DNA of 64,000 bases from Syntrophaceae bacterium UBA2251 (GTDB lineage Bacteria; Desulfobacterota; Syntrophia; Syntrophales; UBA2251). Position numbers and translations under genes: made by a program. Below are positions 44,718 through 53,504 of the stretch, in pieces (positions within the stretch are counted from its first letter, which is position 1; each line of letters opens with the position of its first letter). The DNA is taken from contig DDXV01000020.1 in assembly GCA_002347815.1 (NCBI GenBank), positions 7,554-71,553 of the forward strand. Direction: 5' to 3'. The notes under the pieces were generated by a model. It saw nothing but the letters and a program-made list of their open reading frames with translations, made no database searches and was not told where the DNA came from.

Positions 44718-45317
44718 ATGACCGGTTATGCCCTGCCCATTCAGAAACTCATCCGCGAGCTGTCGCGCCTCCCGGGGATCGGCGAGCGGACGGCCACCCG
44801 CCTGGCGACCCATATCCTCCGGGTCCCGGCCGAGGACGCCCGGCGGCTCGCCGAGAGCATCGTCGAGGTGAAGGAGAAGATCCACCTCTGCCCGGTCTGC
44901 TTCAATCTGGCCGAGGGGGAGCAGTGCGACATCTGTCGCGACGGCTCCCGGGACCGGGGGCAGATCTGCGTGGTCGAGGAGCCGGATTCCCTGATGGCCG
45001 TAGAACAGAGCGGCAGCTTCCGGGGGACCTACCACGTTCTCCACGGGGTGCTGGCGCCCCTCGACGGGGTCGGTCCCGAACAGCTGCGCCTCCAGGAACT
45101 CCTGAAGCGCGTTCAGGGCAACGGCGTCCGGGAACTCATCATCGCCACGAATCCCAGCGTCCAGGGGGAGGCGACGGCCCTGCTCATCAGCCGCCTGGTG
45201 AAGGATCAGGGGGTGTCCGTCACCCGGATCGCCCAGGGCGTCCCCGTGGGCGGCGACCTCAAGTACACGGACCGGATGACCCTGGCCCGGTCCATCGAGT
45301 TCCGCCGGGGAATGTAG
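44718..45317 (+). CDS. recR: recombination protein RecR
   Basis: [13 protein letters not shown] (HhH), a C4 zinc finger (CPVCFNL...CDIC) and a Toprim region. Confidence 0.95.
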   Translation: MTGYALPIQKLIRELSRLPGIGERTATRLATHILRVPAEDARRLAESIVEVKEKIHLCPVCFNLAEGEQCDICRDGSRDRGQICVVEEPDSLMAVEQSGSFRGTYHVLHGVLAPLDGVGPEQLRLQELLKRVQGNGVRELIIATNPSVQGEATALLISRLVKDQGVSVTRIAQGVPVGGDLKYTDRMTLARSIEFRRGM

Positions 45318-45340
45318 CCCCCGGAGAGGTGGGACCCCTC

Positions 45341-46192
45341 ATGACGACAGCGCGAGACCTTTCCGCCCGGTGCGTCGCCGAAACGGTGCGGGAGCTGTTC
45401 CTGACCGCGAACACGGTCCTCCCGGCCGATGTCCTGGCCGCCCTGGAAGGGGCCGGGGAGCGGGAGACCAACGGCCTGGGGAGGTATGTCCTGGAGCGCA
45501 TCCTGGAAAACGCCCGGGTGGCCCACGAGGAGGGGATGCCCCTGTGCCAGGACACCGGACTGGCCGTGGTCTTTCTCGAAATTGGCCAGGACCTCCACAT
45601 CGTGGGGGGCGATCTCGAGACGGCCGTTCAGGAGGGCGTGCGGCAGGCTTACCGGGACGGGTTCCTCCGGGCCTCGGTCTGCGATCCCCTGACCCGCCAC
45701 AATACGGGCGACAACACCCCCGCCGTTCTCCATACGGCCATCGTTCCCGGCGACCGCCTGCGGATCACGGCCCTGCCGAAGGGCGGCGGAAGCGAAAACA
45801 TGAGCAGCGTGGCCATGCTCGTGCCCGCCGCGGGCGAGGCGGGCATCCGGGCGCACGTGCTCGACCGGGTGCGGCAGGCCGGGCCGAACCCCTGCCCGCC
45901 CGTGATCGTCGGCGTGGGCATCGGCGGATCGCTCGACCAGGCGCCGGTCCTCGCGAAGCAGGCCCTCCTGCGCCCGGTCGGCCGGCCCCACCCCACCGAC
46001 GCGCGTCTGGCGGCGATGGAAGCGGCGCTGCTCGAAGAGATCAACCGCCTCGGCATCGGACCCCAGGGCTACGGGGGCGAGGTAACGGCGCTCGCGGTCC
46101 ACGTCGAGATGCGCCCCTGCCACATCGCGTGTCTGCCGGTGGCCGTCAACCTCCAGTGTCACGCGGCCCGGCACCGGACCGCCATCCTTTGA
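45341..46192 (+). CDS. class I Fe-S hydro-lyase alpha subunit (fumarate hydratase/tartrate dehydratase type)
   Basis: ATG at 45341. PLCQDTGLAVVFLEIG motif. 283 aa. The track ORF is an upstream extension. Confidence 0.88.
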   Translation: MTTARDLSARCVAETVRELFLTANTVLPADVLAALEGAGERETNGLGRYVLERILENARVAHEEGMPLCQDTGLAVVFLEIGQDLHIVGGDLETAVQEGVRQAYRDGFLRASVCDPLTRHNTGDNTPAVLHTAIVPGDRLRITALPKGGGSENMSSVAMLVPAAGEAGIRAHVLDRVRQAGPNPCPPVIVGVGIGGSLDQAPVLAKQALLRPVGRPHPTDARLAAMEAALLEEINRLGIGPQGYGGEVTALAVHVEMRPCHIACLPVAVNLQCHAARHRTAIL

Positions 46193-46224
46193 CAGGGGAT
46201 CAGGCCTTGAATTTCAACGTATTG

Positions 46225-46773
46225 ATGGAAAACCTGCCCCGCCGCATCGCCGCCCCCCTCGCGCCGGAGATCTGCGAAGACCTGAAGGTCGGGGACCGGC
46301 TCCTGATCGGCGGAGTGGTCTACACGGCCCGCGACGCCGCGCATCAGCGCATCGCGGCGGCCCTGGCGCGGGGCGATGACCCGCCGTTCGATCTCGACGG
46401 GGCGGTGATCTTCTACGCCGGACCTTCGCCGGCCCCGCCGGGGCGGCCGATCGGCGCCATCGGCCCCACGACGAGCTACCGCATGGATCCGTTCACGCCC
46501 CTGCTCCTCGAGCGGGGACTGAGGGGCATGATCGGGAAGGGCCGCCGGTCCGAGGACGTCGTCCGGGCCATCGCCCGGCATCGCGCCGTCTATTTCGGCG
46601 CCATCGGCGGGATCGCCGCCCTGATGGCGAAATGCGTGCAGCGGGCGGAGATCGTCGCCTACGAGGATCTGGGGCCGGAGGCGGTGCGGCGCCTCGAGAT
46701 CGTCGACCTGCCCGTCGTCGTCGTCAACGATGCCCGCGGCGGAGACCTTTTCGCCCGCCCCGCAGACGGATGA
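46225..46773 (+). CDS. class I Fe-S hydro-lyase beta subunit (fumarate hydratase C-terminal type)
   Basis: ATG at 46225. GPTTSYRMD and GMIGKGRR motifs. 182 aa. Confidence 0.88.
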   Translation: MENLPRRIAAPLAPEICEDLKVGDRLLIGGVVYTARDAAHQRIAAALARGDDPPFDLDGAVIFYAGPSPAPPGRPIGAIGPTTSYRMDPFTPLLLERGLRGMIGKGRRSEDVVRAIARHRAVYFGAIGGIAALMAKCVQRAEIVAYEDLGPEAVRRLEIVDLPVVVVNDARGGDLFARPADG

Positions 46774-47008
46774 CCCGCAACCGCCCGTCCGGAACATTCC
46801 GCGCTTCCGGACCCGGTTTCCCGGACCGCAAATATCCGTTGACAAGCGGGGAAGAATATAATAGCGAACAACCCTTATTTGTCGGGCATGTCCATGAATG
46901 CGATGTCGGAAATACAGGCGACCCCACCCTCCTTCCCGTCTTGCGGGGGGATCCAAGGATGGGGCCTCTGTTTATGAGTTGCAGGATTCCAATCGGGGAG
47001 AAAAGCCA

Positions 47009-47554
47009 ATGTTAGAGGTCAGATGGCATGGGAGAGGCGGTCAGGGGGCGGTGACGTCGGTCGAACTGCTGGCCTTGGCCGCGATCGGAGAGGGAAGGTT
47101 TGCCCAGGGATTTCCCAGCTTCGGTCCGGAACGGCGGGGGGCGCCGGTCGCGGCCTTCAACCGGGTGGACGAGAAGCGGATCCGGCGGCGCTGCGTGATC
47201 GCCAGTCCGGACGTGGTCGTGGTCCTGGACGAGAGCCTGATCGGCCTCGTCAACGTGACGGACGGCCTGAAACCGGACGGGGTGCTCGTCGTCAATACGT
47301 CCCGCACGGCCGAGGAGATCCGGAAGGCCCTGAACTACAAGGGCCGGCTCGCCATGGTGGACGCCTCCGCGATCGCCGTGCAGGAGCTCGGCACGCCCAT
47401 CACGAACACCACCATGCTGGGGGCCCTGATCAAGGCGACGAAGGTGGTGAAGCTCGCGTCCGTGGCGGCCCCCCTGGAGCACCGGTTCGGCCGCATCGCC
47501 CCCCGCAACCAGAAGGCGCTGCAGCGGGCCTACGACGAGGTCAAAATCCACTAG
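47009..47554 (+). CDS. 2-oxoacid:ferredoxin oxidoreductase gamma subunit (POR/VOR type)
   Basis: ATG at 47009 follows GGGGAG. MLEVRWHGRGGQGAVTSVELLA is the hallmark gamma N-terminus. Confidence 0.9.
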   Translation: MLEVRWHGRGGQGAVTSVELLALAAIGEGRFAQGFPSFGPERRGAPVAAFNRVDEKRIRRRCVIASPDVVVVLDESLIGLVNVTDGLKPDGVLVVNTSRTAEEIRKALNYKGRLAMVDASAIAVQELGTPITNTTMLGALIKATKVVKLASVAAPLEHRFGRIAPRNQKALQRAYDEVKIH

Positions 47555-47578
47555 TCCTATTGAGATCGAGGTATCCAC

Positions 47579-47869
47579 ATGGCACAGAAGAAATGGCCAG
47601 AAACCTGGCAGGAAGTCACCCCGGGCTGCATGATCTTCGAGGGCGGGAACAGCCGGGAGTACCATACCGGAAGCTGGCGGGCCCAGCGGCCCGTCTGGGA
47701 CAACGCCAAATGCATCAAGTGCGGCATCTGTTACATCTTCTGCCCGGAGGCATGCGTGAAGGAGGATGCCCAGGGCTACTTCGCCGCGGACCTGGATTAC
47801 TGCAAGGGATGCGGGATATGCGCCCACGAATGCTGGCCGGGCGCGATCACCATGGTTGAGGAGGGATAA
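47579..47869 (+). CDS. 2-oxoacid:ferredoxin oxidoreductase delta subunit (2x[4Fe-4S])
   Basis: CIKCGICYIFCP and CKGCGICAHECW cluster motifs. 96 aa. Confidence 0.9.
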   Translation: MAQKKWPETWQEVTPGCMIFEGGNSREYHTGSWRAQRPVWDNAKCIKCGICYIFCPEACVKEDAQGYFAADLDYCKGCGICAHECWPGAITMVEEG

Positions 47870-47872
47870 GGC

Positions 47873-49033
47873 ATGTCGAAACGCATTGGTATGGAAATCG
47901 CCCTTGCCACCGCGGAAGCGGTCGCCCTGTGCCGGCCCGACGTGATCGCGGCCTATCCCATCACCCCGAACACGCATATCCCCGAGCACCTCTCCGACAT
48001 CGTGGCCGAAGGCCGGCTGGACGCGGAGTTCATCTGCGTCGAATCCGAACACTCCGCCATGAGCGCCTGCGCCGGCGCGTCCGGCACGGGGGCCCGGGCC
48101 TTCACGGCGACGAGCTCCCAGGGGCTGCTCTACATGTACGAGGTCCTGGGCATCGTTTCGTCCATGCGGCTGCCCGTCGTCATGGCGATCGGCAACCGGG
48201 CGATCTCCGGCCCCATCAATATCTGGAACGATCACAGCGACATCATGACCATGCGGGATCTGGGCTGGCTGTCCCTCTTTGCCGCCAACGGCCAGGAGGC
48301 GGTGGACATGATGATCCAGTCCTTCAAGATCGCCGAGGACGCGGCGGTGCAACTGCCCATCAACGTCAATCTGGACGGGTTCCAGCTCACGCACATGGTC
48401 GAGGCGCTCTTCCTCCCCGACGAGAAGGAGGTGGACCGGTTCCTCCCGCGGCGCAAACCCTACGCGGCCCTGCACCCGGACCATCCCGTCACGATGGGGG
48501 CGCTGGGCATGCCGGACATCTTCACGGAGGCCACCAAGGCCCGCGACCAGGCCCTGGTCGATTCCCGGACGGTGATCCTCAAGGTCTGGAAGGAATGGGA
48601 AAAACAGTTCGGCCGCCGGTACGAACCGATCGAGGCCTACAAGACGAAGGGGGCCGACGTGGTGATGCTGACCATGGGCTCCATGGGCGAGACGGCCGAG
48701 ATCGCCGTGGACGAGCTCCGCAGGGACGGCGTTCCCGTGGGGCTCCTGAAGCTGAAGCTCTGGCGGCCCTTTCCGTTCGAGGAGATGAAAAAGGCGGTGC
48801 GCGGCGTCAAGACCCTGATCGTCACCGACCGGTGCTGCTCCCTGGGCGGCCCCGGCGGCCCGCTGGCGGCGGAGGTCCGGTCCGCCCTGTACGCGGAGGC
48901 CGCACGGCCGGCCATCGAGAACGCGCTCATCGGGCTGGGCGGCCGCGACGTCACCGTGGACGACTTCAAACAGATGTTCCGTCAGGCGGGCAAGTCCAAG
49001 GGCATCTATGAATTCTATGGAGTGAGGGGATGA
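47873..49033 (+). CDS. 2-oxoacid:ferredoxin oxidoreductase alpha subunit
   Basis: 386 aa. AAYPITPNT...ESEHSAMSA..TATSSQGL pattern of PorA/VorA. Confidence 0.9.
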   Translation: MSKRIGMEIALATAEAVALCRPDVIAAYPITPNTHIPEHLSDIVAEGRLDAEFICVESEHSAMSACAGASGTGARAFTATSSQGLLYMYEVLGIVSSMRLPVVMAIGNRAISGPINIWNDHSDIMTMRDLGWLSLFAANGQEAVDMMIQSFKIAEDAAVQLPINVNLDGFQLTHMVEALFLPDEKEVDRFLPRRKPYAALHPDHPVTMGALGMPDIFTEATKARDQALVDSRTVILKVWKEWEKQFGRRYEPIEAYKTKGADVVMLTMGSMGETAEIAVDELRRDGVPVGLLKLKLWRPFPFEEMKKAVRGVKTLIVTDRCCSLGGPGGPLAAEVRSALYAEAARPAIENALIGLGGRDVTVDDFKQMFRQAGKSKGIYEFYGVRG

Positions 49034-50004
49034 TGAGTACGGCAAAACCGATATCGATCGTGGAGAACTTCGAGATCTACGCCCCGAAGCTGGTGGACAA
49101 GGAGGAGTTCTTCTGCTCCGGACACCGCGCCTGCCAGGGGTGCGGGGAAGCCCTGGCCATCCGCCTCATGTGCAAGGCCCTGGGCAAGGATACCGTGATC
49201 GCCAACGCCACGGGCTGCATGGAGGTGATCGCGACCCCCTATCCGGCGACCGCCTGGACGCTGCCGTGGATCCACGTCGCCTTTCCCTGCGCGGCGGCCG
49301 TGGGGGCCGGCGTGGAGGCGGGGCTCAAGGTTCTCAGGCGCAAGGGCGTGAACCCCGACCGCTACATCAAGACCGTGACCATCGGCGGCGACGGCGGAAC
49401 GGTGGACATCGGCCTCCAGGCCCTTTCGGGGGCCATGGAGCGGGGTCACGACATGCTCTACGTCTGCTTCGACAACGAGGCCTACATGAACACGGGGATC
49501 CAGCGTTCGAGCGCGACCCCCTTCGGCGCCTCGACGACCACCGCCCCGGCGGGCAAGGCCAGCATCGGCAACAAGACCTGGAAGAAGAACGTGCCCGAGA
49601 TCATGGTGGCCCACAACATCCCCTACGTCGCGACGGCCTCGCCGAGCTACCCCATCGACTTCATGAACAAGGTCAAGAAGGCCCGGGCGATCCAGGGGCC
49701 GACCTACATCCACTGCCTGTCCGTCTGCCCCACCGGCTGGCGGGCCAAGTCGGAGGAGTGCATCAAGCTGGGCCGGCTCGCCGTGGAGACGGGGGTCTTC
49801 CCCCTGTACGAGGTGGAGAACGGCGTCTATCGCCTGACGGTGGAGACGCCCGATCCGCTCCGCCCCGTGACGGATTACATCAAGGCCCAGGGCCGGTTCC
49901 GGCACCTGACGCCCGACGAGATCCGGACCATCCAGCGCCGGGTGAACCTGGAATACCGGAAGCTCATGAACAAAGTGGAACATTCCCTCTCGTGGACGGA
50001 ATGA
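49030..50004 (+). CDS. 2-oxoacid:ferredoxin oxidoreductase beta subunit (TPP-binding)
   Basis: CQGCGE...GGDGGTVDIG...DNEAYMNTG TPP and Fe-S motifs. Its start overlaps the alpha stop by 4 nt. Confidence 0.9.
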   Translation: MMSTAKPISIVENFEIYAPKLVDKEEFFCSGHRACQGCGEALAIRLMCKALGKDTVIANATGCMEVIATPYPATAWTLPWIHVAFPCAAAVGAGVEAGLKVLRRKGVNPDRYIKTVTIGGDGGTVDIGLQALSGAMERGHDMLYVCFDNEAYMNTGIQRSSATPFGASTTTAPAGKASIGNKTWKKNVPEIMVAHNIPYVATASPSYPIDFMNKVKKARAIQGPTYIHCLSVCPTGWRAKSEECIKLGRLAVETGVFPLYEVENGVYRLTVETPDPLRPVTDYIKAQGRFRHLTPDEIRTIQRRVNLEYRKLMNKVEHSLSWTE

Positions 50005-51956
50005 AGACCGCAAAACCGATCCGAAACAAAGGTGAACAAGGCATGAAGACAGTATCCTTTAGCAGTTGGGGCGGCAAGGTGATCGATAACCGGAAGGGCA
50101 TGCCGGCCAAGGCCGCCGCGGTTGAAGCGCCGTTGACGATCGACGGGGGCCCGGTTGCCGCCCTCATGGGCTGGAACGGGATCGTCGTCGCGGACCCGAG
50201 TGTCGACCTCCTTTCCCTGACGGTGGCCTATCTCGAGGAGGCGAGGAAGCTCTCCTGCGGCGAATGCTCCGTCTGCCTCATCGGCATCGACCGCATGCTC
50301 GACCTCCTCAAGGCGCGGGCGGCCGGCAAGGGCGTCAAGGCGGACCTGGACGAGATGGACGAGATCGTCCGGGGGGTTGCGGCGAACGCCAAGTGCAATT
50401 TCGGTCGCGCGGCCGCGCTCAACCCCGTGGGCGACGCCCTGAAATATTTCCGGGCGGATTTCGCGAATCCGGCGGCGTCAGCGGGCAAGACAACCGCGAA
50501 GACCTACCGCGTGGCCGTGACGGCGCCCTGCATGGAGGCCTGTCCGGCGACCCTCGATATCCCCGGCTACATCGAGCTGATCCGCAACGGACGCTTCGGC
50601 GAATCCCTGAACCTGATCCGCGAGCGGTGCATCCTCCCCGGCGTGACGGGGCGGGTCTGCACGCATCCCTGCGAGGACGCCTGCGTCCGCAAGGACCTGG
50701 ATCAATCCCTCGCCATCCGTCTGCTCAAGCGGGCGGCGGCGGACGCCGATCTGAAGGCGGGCGGGACGCCTCTGGCGGCCCCGGCCGTGGTGAAGAAGGA
50801 AAAGGTCGCCGTGATCGGCGCCGGACCGGCGGGGCTCGCGGCGGCGTACCATCTGCGCCTTCTGGGTTACGGCGTGACCCTCTTCGAATCCCTGCCCCAT
50901 GCCGGCGGCATGGCGGCGGTGGGCATCCCGGATTACCGGCTGCCCAAGGACATCCTGAACTACGAGATCGACCTGGTCCGGCGCCTGGGCGTGGAGATCC
51001 GCCTCAACGAACCGGTGGACCGCATCGACCCGGGGAAGCTCAAGAAGGCCGGCTACGCGGCCGTCTTCATCGCCGTCGGGGCGCACGCGGGCAACGCGAT
51101 CGGCGCCGAGGGCGAGGACGCCGGCTACGACGGCTTCATGGAAGGGGTCGAGTTCCTGCGGCGGATCAGCCTGGGGCAGAAGATCGCCCCGCGCCGGAAG
51201 GTCGTCATCATCGGCGGCGGCAACGTGGCCATCGACTGCGCCCGCACCTGCCTCCGCCTGGGGTTCGGGGAGGTGGAGATCCTTTATCGCCGTTCGCTCA
51301 TCGAAATGCCCGCCCGCGCGGAGGAGATCGCCGAGGCCCAGGAGGAGGGCGTGAAGATCCGCTTCCTCGCCGCCCCCCTGAAGGTCGTCGCGAAGAACGG
51401 GAAGGTGACGGCGATCGAATGCATCAAGATGAAACTCGGCGAGCCCGATGCGAGCGGCCGCCGTCGTCCCGTCCCCGTCAAGGGGTCGGAGTTCAGCGTG
51501 AAGACGGAGATGATCGTCCCCGCCATCGGCCAGAACCCCGCACTGCCGGCGGTGGCCGGAACGGAGGCCCTGGTGGTGGCAAAGGGCAATACCGTGGCGG
51601 TCGACGCGGTCACGCTCCGGACGAACCTCGACGGGGTGTTCGCCGGCGGCGACTGCGTCACCGGACCCGCCACCCTGATCGAGGCCCTGGACATGGGCAA
51701 CCGTGCGGCGCGGAGCATCGACCTTTACCTGCAGGGCGAAACCCCGGCGGCGGAGCGCCCGTTCGCGGGGATCGACACGCGCGCCCAGCGCACGAAGGGC
51801 TTCGTGAGTCCGGCGGCGTCCGTGGAAGCGGCGCTCCTGCCGGCGAAGACCCGCATCGAAGGCTTCGACGAGGTCGAGGGCGGCTTCGACGCCCCGGCGG
51901 CGATCCGCGAGGCCAATCGCTGCCTGCGCTGCTACCGCCTGATGGTCTGGGCATAG
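50001..51956 (+). CDS. NAD(P)H-dependent flavoprotein: NuoF-C-terminal-like Fe-S domain fused to a GltD/SfrB-like FAD/NAD(P) oxidoreductase (alternative start 50043)
   Basis: SCGECSVCLIG (a NuoF-type cluster motif), then CMEACP...CTHPCEDAC (GltD N-terminal clusters), VAVIGAGPAGLAAA, VVIIGGGNVAIDCA and GVFAGGD. Confidence 0.85.
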   Translation: MKTAKPIRNKGEQGMKTVSFSSWGGKVIDNRKGMPAKAAAVEAPLTIDGGPVAALMGWNGIVVADPSVDLLSLTVAYLEEARKLSCGECSVCLIGIDRMLDLLKARAAGKGVKADLDEMDEIVRGVAANAKCNFGRAAALNPVGDALKYFRADFANPAASAGKTTAKTYRVAVTAPCMEACPATLDIPGYIELIRNGRFGESLNLIRERCILPGVTGRVCTHPCEDACVRKDLDQSLAIRLLKRAAADADLKAGGTPLAAPAVVKKEKVAVIGAGPAGLAAAYHLRLLGYGVTLFESLPHAGGMAAVGIPDYRLPKDILNYEIDLVRRLGVEIRLNEPVDRIDPGKLKKAGYAAVFIAVGAHAGNAIGAEGEDAGYDGFMEGVEFLRRISLGQKIAPRRKVVIIGGGNVAIDCARTCLRLGFGEVEILYRRSLIEMPARAEEIAEAQEEGVKIRFLAAPLKVVAKNGKVTAIECIKMKLGEPDASGRRRPVPVKGSEFSVKTEMIVPAIGQNPALPAVAGTEALVVAKGNTVAVDAVTLRTNLDGVFAGGDCVTGPATLIEALDMGNRAARSIDLYLQGETPAAERPFAGIDTRAQRTKGFVSPAASVEAALLPAKTRIEGFDEVEGGFDAPAAIREANRCLRCYRLMVWA

Positions 51957-52074
51957 GATCCGGGAAGGGGCCGGCCCCCGTGATTGGCGGCCTCCCGGAG
52001 TGAAGGATTCTTGACGACAATGAACCCGTCCGGAGCGTTGCCGGGGGGAGAAACCCGCAATTGAGGAACAGGCT

Positions 52075-52782
52075 ATGATCGAAATCACGTTAGATGGATG
52101 GAAGGTGAAGGCCCAGGAGGGGTCGACCCTCCTCTCCCATATCCGGGCGCGCAACATCGACCTGCCCACGCTCTGTCAGCACGACGAACTGTCTCCCTTC
52201 GGGGCCTGCCGCCTGTGCGCCGTGGAGGTGAAGGTCAACGGCAAATGGGAACTCGCCACGGCCTGTAACACGCCGGTCGCCAAGGGGATGGAGGTCCGGA
52301 CCGATTCCGAGCGGGCGATCGCGGGACGGAAGCTGGCCGCCTCCCTGCTGTACTACCGGTATCCCGCGACCCGGGCCGTGCGGGATCTGGCGGAGAACCT
52401 GGGGGTCGCGGTCGCCGCGGAGGCGGCGGACGCTAAGGAGTGCGTCCTCTGCGGTCTGTGCACGCGGACCTGCCGGGAGATCGTCGGGGTCGCCGCCCTG
52501 TCCTTCGAGGATCGGGGCCTCGGCCGCGACGTGGATGAGCCGCGGATCGCCTTCGACGCGAACGCCTGCATCGGCTGCGGGTCCTGCGCCTACGTCTGCC
52601 CGACGGGTCATGTGAAGATGGAAGCCACCGGGGACAAGCGGATCATCTGGGACAAGGCCTTCAAGATGGCGACCTGTCAGGTCTGTGGTCGCCCGTTCGC
52701 CCCGGAGGATCAGTTGAAATACATCAGCGCCAGGACGGGCGTGCCCATGAGCCGTCTGAAGACCTGCATGAGCTGCCGTTAG
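52075..52782 (+). CDS. 2Fe-2S + 4Fe-4S ferredoxin-like protein (NuoG/HydC N-terminal type)
   Basis: ITLDG...LPTLCQHDELSPFGACRLCAVEV (2Fe-2S). Later CVLCGLCTRTC and CIGCGSCAYVCP. Confidence 0.85.
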   Translation: MIEITLDGWKVKAQEGSTLLSHIRARNIDLPTLCQHDELSPFGACRLCAVEVKVNGKWELATACNTPVAKGMEVRTDSERAIAGRKLAASLLYYRYPATRAVRDLAENLGVAVAAEAADAKECVLCGLCTRTCREIVGVAALSFEDRGLGRDVDEPRIAFDANACIGCGSCAYVCPTGHVKMEATGDKRIIWDKAFKMATCQVCGRPFAPEDQLKYISARTGVPMSRLKTCMSCR

Positions 52783-52853
52783 GCGACGACCGGTCCCGAA
52801 CCGGTGCCGTTGCGGTGGGCGAAGGGGCCGATCCGAAGCTCTGAAAAAGACAT

Positions 52854-52929
52854 TCCCCAGTAGCTCAGTCGGTAGAGCGGCTGGCTGTTAACCAGCATGT
52901 CCGTGGTTCGAGTCCGCGCTGGGGAGCCA
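52854..52929 (+). tRNA. tRNA-Asn (anticodon GTT), CCA encoded
   Basis: Acceptor TCCCCAG/CTGGGGA, D-loop AGCTCAGTCGGTAGAGC, anticodon loop CTGTTAA, T-loop GGTTCGAGTCC. Confidence 0.95.
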
Positions 52930-52930
52930 A
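52920..52930 (+). repeat. left copy of 11-bp direct repeat TGGGGAGCCAA (tRNA-Asn 3' end; putative attL core)
   Basis: Exact 11-mer repeated at 63156-63166. It coincides with the onset of AT-richer sequence. Confidence 0.55.
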
Positions 52931-52937
52931 TTTAGTT

Positions 52938-52979
52938 CGGCTGTAAGAACGTCACCTGTTCTTACAGCCGTTTTATTTT
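52938..52979 (+). terminator. rho-independent terminator after tRNA-Asn
   Basis: A perfect 13-bp stem CGGCTGTAAGAAC / GTTCTTACAGCCG with a 7-nt loop, followed by TTTTATTTT. Confidence 0.8.
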
Positions 52980-53411
52980 CCATCGCCGCCGTAGCACGCT
53001 TGAGTGACACATAATGTCAATCCGGGGAAGCTTGATCACGGTCTCCTCGACGAAGAGCGTGGGATACGCCTTGATTGCCTGCCTGTCCTCTCCCAGAAAC
53101 ATCTCCCTAAACATTGTCTGAAATTCTCCACGTTTTTGGGGAATTCTCAATATGCCAGGATCCCGACATAAGAACGGGTCCGGTTTTCGGGGGGGCGGTT
53201 CAAGCCATAGGGGCTGGGAGATTTAAATGTCACAGGGAAAAATATTTTTACGAAAAATTTACTTCTTCGATCCGTTTCTTAACAGCATCTTGATATCTTG
53301 AGTGTTATTATACCTAAAAAGGGGTTGCTATAGGATGAGTGTAACCGAAATTTGTCTCGGGATAATATGGCTTATCATCGAAGGAGCTGAAGTTATTTAG
53401 GGGTTTCCGAT

Positions 53412-53504
53412 ATGAAAATATTCTATATTATTGGATTGATCACCGCTGCAGGTCTTGTCATTTATCTGTTTGTCGCCCTGCTTAAGCCGGAGTTGTTCTC
53501 ATGA
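53412..53504 (+). CDS. kdpF: K+-transporting ATPase subunit F
   Basis: 30-codon hydrophobic ORF MKIFYIIGLITAAGLVIYLFVALLKPELFS whose stop overlaps the kdpA ATG (ATGA). Not in the ORF track because of its size. Confidence 0.8.
   Translation: MKIFYIIGLITAAGLVIYLFVALLKPELFS

Noticed and set aside
46839-46862. TTGACA ... TATAAT hexamers upstream of the oxidoreductase operon.
   Set aside because: Both hexamers are perfect but only 12 nt apart, which is too short for a standard sigma70 promoter. This is not reported as a feature.
52962-53150. 62-aa minus-strand ORF next to tRNA-Asn. I considered it as a possible integrase or transposase remnant of the island.
   Set aside because: It has no tyrosine-recombinase or DDE-type motifs that I can recognise. 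It also has no RBS and is short. A profile search of 52980-53410 in six frames would be needed to revive the idea.
53335-53400. 21-codon ORF (MSVTEICLGIIWLIIEGAEVI) just upstream of kdpF. I considered it as a possible leader or extra small Kdp subunit.
   Set aside because: Its ribosome-binding site is weak, and I recognise no conserved pattern. It could arise by chance in AT-rich DNA. It is worth a glance only if it is conserved upstream of kdpF in relatives.
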